Positions 56,517 through 64,000 of a stretch of DNA of 64,000 nucleotides are shown one piece after another. A program made the position numbers and the translations under genes. Origin of the DNA: Escherichia coli (lineage in GTDB: Bacteria; Pseudomonadota; Gammaproteobacteria; Enterobacterales; Enterobacteriaceae); NCBI RefSeq assembly GCF_044324785.1, contig NZ_CP172127.1; one strand, 5' to 3'. Numbering within the stretch: position 1 is the stretch's first letter; each line of letters starts with the position of its first letter. The notes beneath the pieces are model-generated. The model was not told where the DNA came from and ran no database searches. It saw only the letters and a list, made by a program, of their open reading frames with translations.

Positions 56517-57854
56517 ATGAGTCAACAACACACAACCCAGGCTTCTGGCCAGGGGATGCTGGAACGCGTGTTTAAACTGCGCGAACATGGCACGACGGCA
56601 CGGACCGAAGTGATCGCCGGTTTTACCACCTTCCTGACGATGGTTTACATCGTTTTTGTTAACCCGCAAATTCTTGGCGTTGCTGGCATGGATACCAGCG
56701 CCGTCTTCGTTACTACCTGTCTGATTGCTGCATTCGGCAGTATTATGATGGGACTGTTTGCTAACCTGCCAGTTGCACTGGCACCCGCTATGGGCCTGAA
56801 TGCGTTCTTCGCTTTTGTGGTTGTACAGGCGATGGGCTTGCCGTGGCAAGTCGGGATGGGCGCAATCTTCTGGGGCGCGATTGGTCTGCTGTTACTGACG
56901 ATTTTCCGCGTTCGCTACTGGATGATAGCCAACATTCCGGTGAGTCTGCGTGTTGGCATCACCAGCGGTATCGGTCTGTTCATTGGCATGATGGGGCTGA
57001 AAAACGCAGGTGTGATTGTCGCTAACCCGGAAACGCTGGTCAGCATCGGTAATCTGACTTCTCACAGCGTGCTGCTGGGGATCCTCGGTTTCTTCATCAT
57101 TGCCATTCTGGCCTCGCGCAACATTCACGCGGCGGTGCTGGTTTCCATCGTGGTGACGACGCTGCTGGGCTGGATGCTGGGTGATGTCCACTACAATGGC
57201 ATCGTTTCTGCGCCGCCGAGCGTAATGACTGTCGTGGGTCATGTAGATTTAGCCGGGTCGTTTAACCTCGGGCTGGCAGGGGTGATTTTCTCTTTCATGC
57301 TGGTCAACCTGTTTGACTCCTCCGGTACGCTGATTGGCGTGACCGATAAAGCAGGTCTGGCGGATGAGAAAGGTAAATTCCCGCGCATGAAGCAGGCGCT
57401 GTATGTCGACAGTATCTCTTCGGTGACCGGTTCGTTTATCGGTACTTCTTCTGTTACGGCGTATATTGAGTCCTCTTCCGGCGTTTCCGTTGGCGGTCGT
57501 ACCGGTCTGACGGCAGTGGTTGTTGGTCTGCTGTTCCTGCTGGTTATCTTCCTGTCGCCGCTGGCGGGAATGGTGCCGGGATATGCCGCAGCTGGCGCGC
57601 TGATTTACGTTGGCGTGTTGATGACTTCCAGTCTGGCACGCGTGAACTGGCAGGATCTTACTGAATCTGTTCCGGCGTTTATTACCGCCGTGATGATGCC
57701 GTTCAGCTTCTCGATTACCGAAGGTATCGCGCTGGGCTTTATCTCCTACTGCGTGATGAAAATCGGTACCGGACGTCTGCGTGATCTAAGCCCGTGCGTA
57801 ATCATCGTTGCGCTGCTGTTTATCCTGAAGATTGTCTTTATCGACGCCCATTAA
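56517..57854 (+). CDS. adeP: adenine permease AdeP/PurP/YieG (445 aa)
   Basis: ORF track 445 aa, polytopic NCS2-family-like transporter. Confidence 0.92.
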   Translation: MSQQHTTQASGQGMLERVFKLREHGTTARTEVIAGFTTFLTMVYIVFVNPQILGVAGMDTSAVFVTTCLIAAFGSIMMGLFANLPVALAPAMGLNAFFAFVVVQAMGLPWQVGMGAIFWGAIGLLLLTIFRVRYWMIANIPVSLRVGITSGIGLFIGMMGLKNAGVIVANPETLVSIGNLTSHSVLLGILGFFIIAILASRNIHAAVLVSIVVTTLLGWMLGDVHYNGIVSAPPSVMTVVGHVDLAGSFNLGLAGVIFSFMLVNLFDSSGTLIGVTDKAGLADEKGKFPRMKQALYVDSISSVTGSFIGTSSVTAYIESSSGVSVGGRTGLTAVVVGLLFLLVIFLSPLAGMVPGYAAAGALIYVGVLMTSSLARVNWQDLTESVPAFITAVMMPFSFSITEGIALGFISYCVMKIGTGRLRDLSPCVIIVALLFILKIVFIDAH

Positions 57855-57870
57855 AATCGACAGCGCGTTA

Positions 57871-57908
57871 AAAACCCGCCATGCATGATTGCTGGCGGGT
57901 TTTTTATT
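57871..57908. terminator. bidirectional intrinsic terminator between adeP and yieF
   Basis: aaaaa cccgcca tgcatgattgc tggcggg tttttt. Confidence 0.75.
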
Positions 57909-58474
57909 TAGATCTTAACTCGCTGAATAAACTCACCAAATGCAGTCAATTGCCCGGTCAGGTGGTCCAGCGTACCCTGATCAATCACTTCTCCGGTTTG
58001 CGGATCAACTTTGTTCTGAATCACGCCGCCCATAAATTCCGGCTTGTTCATCACCATTGCATCGAGGAAAACCAGAATCTGGCGCAGGTGATACTGACAG
58101 CGCGCGCCGCCAATCACGCCCATTGAGCTGGTCTGAATCAACACCGGTTTACCGGCCAGAGGTTGATCCGGCAGGCGGGAAAGCCAGTCGATGGCATTTT
58201 TCAGCCCACCCGGTACCGAGTAGTTATATTCCGGCGTGACGATCACCACACCGTCAGCCTGACGGATCTGTTCCGCCAGAGCTTCAACCGTTGCTGGAAA
58301 ACCTTCTTCCTGCTGTACGTCAGCGTCATACAGAGGAATGTCGGCAATGGAAGGTAACGCATTAACTTCCATGCTTGCCGGAGCAATTTTCGGCAGGGTA
58401 CGTGCAACCATGCCATTAAATGAGCCTTTGCGCAGGCTCCCCAGTAACGTAACCACCTGCAATTTTTCAGACAT
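57908..58474 (-). CDS. yieF: NAD(P)H-dependent FMN reductase / chromate reductase (188 aa)
   Basis: ORF track 188 aa MSEKLQVVTLLGSLRKGSFNGMVARTL. Confidence 0.92.
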   Translation of the reverse strand: MSEKLQVVTLLGSLRKGSFNGMVARTLPKIAPASMEVNALPSIADIPLYDADVQQEEGFPATVEALAEQIRQADGVVIVTPEYNYSVPGGLKNAIDWLSRLPDQPLAGKPVLIQTSSMGVIGGARCQYHLRQILVFLDAMVMNKPEFMGGVIQNKVDPQTGEVIDQGTLDHLTGQLTAFGEFIQRVKI

Positions 58475-58495
58475 GATGACTCCTGTGGTTGTCTA

Positions 58496-59257
58496 TCAAT
58501 TTGGCGAAAAAGCCTTCACGGTAGAGAGCTGGGCAAAACGCATCATCCGGCTGGTAGGATTGTTGGCGCGGCTGTGAATATCCGGCAGGCTTTTCCAGCC
58601 GTGTTTGCCATCTAACTCCCAGACACTGAGCTTTTCAATCGTGGGCGTGACCGCCACGGACCACACCAGCACGTCCTCCGCGTCGCATAACGCTTCTACA
58701 TGATTTACATGAGCACATTTCAGGCGTCCGGCAATGGGCAGCAGCTGCAGATCGCGCGGATCGTCATTCAAAACATCACCGGTTAGTTTTAGCACGCTTC
58801 GGCGCAGCGTGATGAGCTGCGCCCGCGCTTCGTTAGGATCGTTTTGTTTACTGATCCATAGCGATTCATTGCTGGAAAAGGTGTGGTTATCGGGCGCGTG
58901 TGGGCTATGAAACCCGCGCGTCGCACGCTGTAGTTCCATATCGAGGCCACATTCACCTTCGGTTGTTAACGCCACGCCAACCATATTCCCGGCATAGGAA
59001 ATAGAAAACGAAGGCAAATTTTTATCGCTGAAAACCGGTTTACCTTTCGGCAGGGTGACGATTTCCGGCAATTCGCCAATGCCATACAGCATGAACATCA
59101 GTTCTGCGAGTAAACCTCTGGACGCCAGAAAACGGCTTTGACGATGAGGGGGAATGTTTCGGGCTTCTTGATGACACTGGGAGGGGAGACGAACAGAAAT
59201 CAGATGTCCTTCCGTTAAAATCCCTCGGGCAAAGTGAGTCGCCATTTTTCGCTCCAT
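58496..59257 (-). CDS. yieE: putative phosphopantetheinyl transferase YieE (start may be 59245, MATHFARG)
   Basis: ORF track 253 aa; internal Met at residue 5 is the alternative start. Confidence 0.85.
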   Translation of the reverse strand: MERKMATHFARGILTEGHLISVRLPSQCHQEARNIPPHRQSRFLASRGLLAELMFMLYGIGELPEIVTLPKGKPVFSDKNLPSFSISYAGNMVGVALTTEGECGLDMELQRATRGFHSPHAPDNHTFSSNESLWISKQNDPNEARAQLITLRRSVLKLTGDVLNDDPRDLQLLPIAGRLKCAHVNHVEALCDAEDVLVWSVAVTPTIEKLSVWELDGKHGWKSLPDIHSRANNPTSRMMRFAQLSTVKAFSPN

Positions 59258-59401
59258 GCTTAATGGTCCATTATGAATACAAGAGTAATCATTTACTGGA
59301 ATGATGGACAGACTAAAGCGGCTAAAAGTTCGATTCAGACAAGCTTATTACAACTTTTTTACATTTTATTGTGAAATTGGGTCGCGTTTCATACGATTCG
59401 G

Positions 59402-60361
59402 TTATGCCATCGACGCGTAAAGATTTTTAATGGTTTCCCGTAACCAGACGATCTTCGGATTATGGCTGTTCCGTTTATGCCACAGCAGGGTAAAAGGGAC
59501 TTCCAGCTTTTTTTGCTGGCTTTCGTCAAACGGGAGAGGAAGAGCAACCAACGGCAGTTGGTGGAGTTGATTGTAGTACTGACAGTAGCGCGGTGCGGTC
59601 GCCAGTAGCAGATTGTCGGGCTGCGCTGCCATAAACAGTGACTGCTCGAATTCCGGCAGGCTCATTGCAATCGTACGTTCGCGCCCCAGCTCCTGTAACA
59701 CATTGTCCAGCGCCCAGGTATCGCTCTGTTCCCAGCAAATGCTGATATGCGGATAACGTAAAAAGGTGTCCAGATTCCATGCTTCATGCAGTGCCGGATG
59801 ATCTTTGCGTAACCAGACGCAGGGCACATCACTAAACAGCACTTCATAATCAATGGCTAACGGTAGCGAGCTTAACAGCTCCCGCGAGCGAGGATGGCTT
59901 TCGCGACCGGAAAAGCCAATATCCACTTCACCACGAGTAATGGCATCTAAGGAATCGTAATCCCAGTTACGTAATTTGATGGTCGCCTGGGGGTAACGTT
60001 GGTAGATCCGTTTCGACAGCGCATTAAGCATGATCATCATTAGCGGTGATTCTGCTGCCAGCTCAAACTTCAGGCCGCGCGGTGTCTGGTGGTGCGGTTT
60101 ATCCAGCAGCAGGTTGCTCATTTGCATCCACTCCGCCAGATTTTGCTCCATGCTGACCATTAGCGGTGTGGGCGACAGCCCCAGCGGTGAGTTCACAAAG
60201 AGCGGGTCGTCAAACCACGCTCTTAACTTTGCCAGCGACTTACTCACCGCCGAAGGGGTCACGTTCATCCGCTTCGCCGCTTTGGTCACGCTGCGCTCCT
60301 GCATCAGCAGTTGCAGACAGAGCAGCAGATTGAGATCAAGCGTGGTGATGGATTTCTTCAT
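59402..60361 (-). CDS. yidZ: LysR-family transcriptional regulator YidZ (319 aa)
   Basis: ORF track 59402..60370; start [40 protein letters not shown] at 60361. Confidence 0.9.
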   Translation of the reverse strand: MKKSITTLDLNLLLCLQLLMQERSVTKAAKRMNVTPSAVSKSLAKLRAWFDDPLFVNSPLGLSPTPLMVSMEQNLAEWMQMSNLLLDKPHHQTPRGLKFELAAESPLMMIMLNALSKRIYQRYPQATIKLRNWDYDSLDAITRGEVDIGFSGRESHPRSRELLSSLPLAIDYEVLFSDVPCVWLRKDHPALHEAWNLDTFLRYPHISICWEQSDTWALDNVLQELGRERTIAMSLPEFEQSLFMAAQPDNLLLATAPRYCQYYNQLHQLPLVALPLPFDESQQKKLEVPFTLLWHKRNSHNPKIVWLRETIKNLYASMA

Positions 60362-61511
60362 GAGCGGCAACCGGGCGTCCAGGCGCGACGAACATAATCA
60401 GCAACAGGCTCACTATGCTACAGGCAATCAGAATCCCGATCAGCATATTCCATGCGCCGATACCAACCACCGCTGCCAGCCAAATCCACAGTGACGAACC
60501 GCAAACCTGCGCAATACCTAAGGTCGAGCTGGCTACGCCCGCGCGTAATGAAAACGGCCCTAACGCCTGACTCATCGCCACACCAAAACCTACCGAGAAA
60601 CCGGCGCAAATCAGCGTAATACCAAACAGAGAAACCGCATGGGAAGGTGAAACGGCAAGGGTGATCCCCGCCGCCAGGAATAACACCTGCGAGGTGAGCA
60701 TCAACGTACGTGGCTTAAAAATTCCCAGCGCAAATGGCGTGGAGAATGAAACGGTCATACTGACGCCAGCGGTCAGCGCCATAATGGTGGCGTATTCCCC
60801 GCGCTCAAAACCCATGATTTCCATCAGCAATACCGGCGACGTGTTGACGAAGGTGAGGATCACCGAAACGCTGAGGGTGGTGATAACAACACGGCTGAGG
60901 AAAAACCGGTTAAGCAGCGACTCGCTATTTTCTCGTGGTTTGTCAGAAGCTGCGAGGGCCGCAGGGCGCGTTTCTTTTAAAATAAACAAAGACAACATCA
61001 GTACCGCGATGCCCATCGTTGCCATCGTCCAGAACAGACTCTGCCACGGGAATTTAAGCATAATCAGGTGTCCGAGCACCGGCGCTAATACCGGAATGAT
61101 GCAGGTAATGCCGTTGAGTAGCGACAGCACTTTAGCCCGACGTCGATCGTCCAGCGTGTCGCGTAAAATGGCGAACGCCACCACGTAACAACAGCCCGCG
61201 CCCAGCCCCTGTAGAAATCGCCCTGCAAGAAATAACGCACTGGTTTCAGCCAGTGAACAGAACACCGAGGCGATAATAAATAGCGCCGCGCCGGGGATGG
61301 CGACAGGCTTTCTCCCTGAACGATCGGCCACTTTACCGGCAAATAACATCGCAGCTGCCATGCCCGCCAGATAAACGGAGAACGCAATATGCAACTGCGC
61401 TTCGCTGGCATTGAGATCGGTGGCGATGCGCGGTAAACCAACGAGGTACATATCAATCCCGGCGGGATAAAGTAAAACCAGGGCAAAACTACAAATCAAA
61501 AAGCGGGACAT
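60336..61511 (-). CDS. mdtL: MFS multidrug efflux transporter MdtL (391 aa)
   Basis: ORF track 391 aa; overlaps yidZ start by 26 bp. Confidence 0.92.
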   Translation of the reverse strand: MSRFLICSFALVLLYPAGIDMYLVGLPRIATDLNASEAQLHIAFSVYLAGMAAAMLFAGKVADRSGRKPVAIPGAALFIIASVFCSLAETSALFLAGRFLQGLGAGCCYVVAFAILRDTLDDRRRAKVLSLLNGITCIIPVLAPVLGHLIMLKFPWQSLFWTMATMGIAVLMLSLFILKETRPAALAASDKPRENSESLLNRFFLSRVVITTLSVSVILTFVNTSPVLLMEIMGFERGEYATIMALTAGVSMTVSFSTPFALGIFKPRTLMLTSQVLFLAAGITLAVSPSHAVSLFGITLICAGFSVGFGVAMSQALGPFSLRAGVASSTLGIAQVCGSSLWIWLAAVVGIGAWNMLIGILIACSIVSLLLIMFVAPGRPVAAHEEIHHHA

Positions 61512-61642
61512 GGGCTAAAGCGTCCTGATAGTAAGGTGACGCAAAGCATACGTGGTGAAGGAGAATCAGGCGAGTTGCCATTTGGACATAAGTGATTTCC
61601 TGACAGGCAAGAAGCCAGCGAATGGCTGGCTTCTTGAAGGAT

Positions 61643-62890
61643 TTAGCCAAATTTAGGTAACACATTAAAGACGTTACCGAACCAGCATAAAATTACGGTT
61701 ATACCAAAGAGAATGACAATCGCCGGAATAAGATTGCCGCCCCAGACCGTGAACATCTGATTGGGAAACTTCTTGCGAGCTTTGATTGCCAGCACTGCGG
61801 GAATAATGACCGCCCAGATGGTGGCGCACAGTCCGGCACCGCCGATCCCGTAAATAAAGCCGTTCGGGAAGATCAGATACAACAACGCAGGTGGCAGGAA
61901 GGTTAACAACACGGTTTTGAAACGCCCGGCGTGGGAGTTATCAATCTTAAACAGATCCGCCAGATAATCGAACAATCCCAGCGTGACACCAAAGAACGAA
62001 CTGGCAACAGCTAAGTTGGAGAACACCAGCAGGCAAAACTCGATAATCCCATGCTGTTTGGTGCCGAGGAACGATTTCACCAACGAATCAACGTTGCCGC
62101 CTGAGGAGATTATCGCCTTAAAGCTTTCTCGCGGGATATTCCCCATCGTGCAATAGAGCCAGAAGAGATAAATCACCAGCGCCAGCAGCGAACCGAAGAC
62201 CACGCTTTTGATTAGCTTATCTTTGCGTTTGCCATAGCAAATAATCAGGCTGGGAATATTGCCGTGGAAACCAAATGACGCCAGACACACCGGCAAAGCC
62301 ATAAAGATATACGGGAAGTAAGACGTCCCCGCAGTCGTGCTGGTGGAATCGCGCAGAATGGAATAATCGACCTGGAAGAAGAAAGAACCAAACACGATCA
62401 CAAAGGAGATAATCTTCAACCCGAGGAACAATGAGGTAATACGACTGGCGGCTAAAGAGCTTATCCACAATACGCTGGCAACGAAAATGGCTGTGCAGAT
62501 CCCGACAATACGTGGATTAGCGTGATAACCCAAATTCATTGATATCGTTTCACTAATGATCGCACCATTAGCAGAGATATAGGCATAAGTGAGGATATAG
62601 AGAACGAAGGCAACGGTAATACCGCTGATAATGTTCCAGGTGTTACCGATTAAATCTTTGGTGATGGTGTTAAAACTGGAGCCGACGGGATAATTTAAAT
62701 TTGCTTCTAATAACAATAACCCGGAATGAAGCATTGAAAACCAGGCAATGATAAGGATAAAGGCACCCCAGAAAAACCAGGCACCGGCAAGATCAACAGG
62801 TAAAGCAAACATACCTCCACCAATTACTGTACCTGCTATAACCATAACACCCCAAAATGCAGAGTGCTTTTTTTCAGCTTGATCAGTCAT
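61643..62890 (-). CDS. tnaB: low-affinity tryptophan permease TnaB (415 aa)
   Basis: ORF track 61643..62974; start MTDQAEKKHSAFWGVMVIAGT at 62890 (upstream extension is read-through into IS5 flank). Confidence 0.92.
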   Translation of the reverse strand: MTDQAEKKHSAFWGVMVIAGTVIGGGMFALPVDLAGAWFFWGAFILIIAWFSMLHSGLLLLEANLNYPVGSSFNTITKDLIGNTWNIISGITVAFVLYILTYAYISANGAIISETISMNLGYHANPRIVGICTAIFVASVLWISSLAASRITSLFLGLKIISFVIVFGSFFFQVDYSILRDSTSTTAGTSYFPYIFMALPVCLASFGFHGNIPSLIICYGKRKDKLIKSVVFGSLLALVIYLFWLYCTMGNIPRESFKAIISSGGNVDSLVKSFLGTKQHGIIEFCLLVFSNLAVASSFFGVTLGLFDYLADLFKIDNSHAGRFKTVLLTFLPPALLYLIFPNGFIYGIGGAGLCATIWAVIIPAVLAIKARKKFPNQMFTVWGGNLIPAIVILFGITVILCWFGNVFNVLPKFG

Positions 62891-62904
62891 GATGCCACCT
62901 TTAG

Positions 62905-64000
<1,096 letters not shown>

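Noticed and set aside
61511-61643. Hairpin caagaagccagc...gctggcttcttg between tnaB and mdtL as a terminator
   Set aside because: Stable stem but no U-tract on either strand; cannot be supported as an intrinsic terminator from sequence alone.

Overview
This window is an Escherichia coli-type chromosomal segment spanning the replication origin, and the one region not explained by the conserved backbone is a roughly 7.4 kb AT-rich island at about 48.3-55.7 kb. All calls rest on reading the sequence and the supplied ORF track against remembered E. coli K-12 proteins and motifs; no searches or computations were run, and GC values are by-eye estimates. Backbone, in order: ilvD (truncated at the window start), ilvE, ilvM, an intact ilvG, ilvL with its attenuator, comM, yifE, hdfR, a complete minus-strand rrnC-type operon (16S, tRNA-Glu, 23S, 5S, tRNA-Asp, tRNA-Trp), yieP, hsrA, rbsDACBKR, kup, ravA-viaA, asnA/asnC, mioC, oriC, mnmG-rsmG, atpIBEFHAGDC, glmUS, pstSCAB-phoU, then after the island yieH, adeP, yieF, yieE, yidZ, mdtL, tnaB and a partial IS5 at the window end. 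The island sits where K-12 carries bglGFBH-yieLK-cbrBC. It encodes two paralogous large proteins (840 and 802 aa) with an N-terminal WEx5F-like motif, a short pentapeptide-like repeat run and a Lys/Glu/Asn-rich C-terminal half, plus a divergently oriented 394-aa protein with its own pentapeptide-like run. Each paralog is embedded in a duplicated module: a conserved 11-codon upstream mini-ORF and a conserved palindrome-bounded 75-bp element after the stop codon. My best reading is a secreted-effector-like (type III style) module, but this is inference from motifs only; whether the locus is already described cannot be decided from sequence alone. Secondary observations: IS5 inserted 14 bp upstream of the tnaB start codon, and ilvG is intact rather than frameshifted as in K-12.
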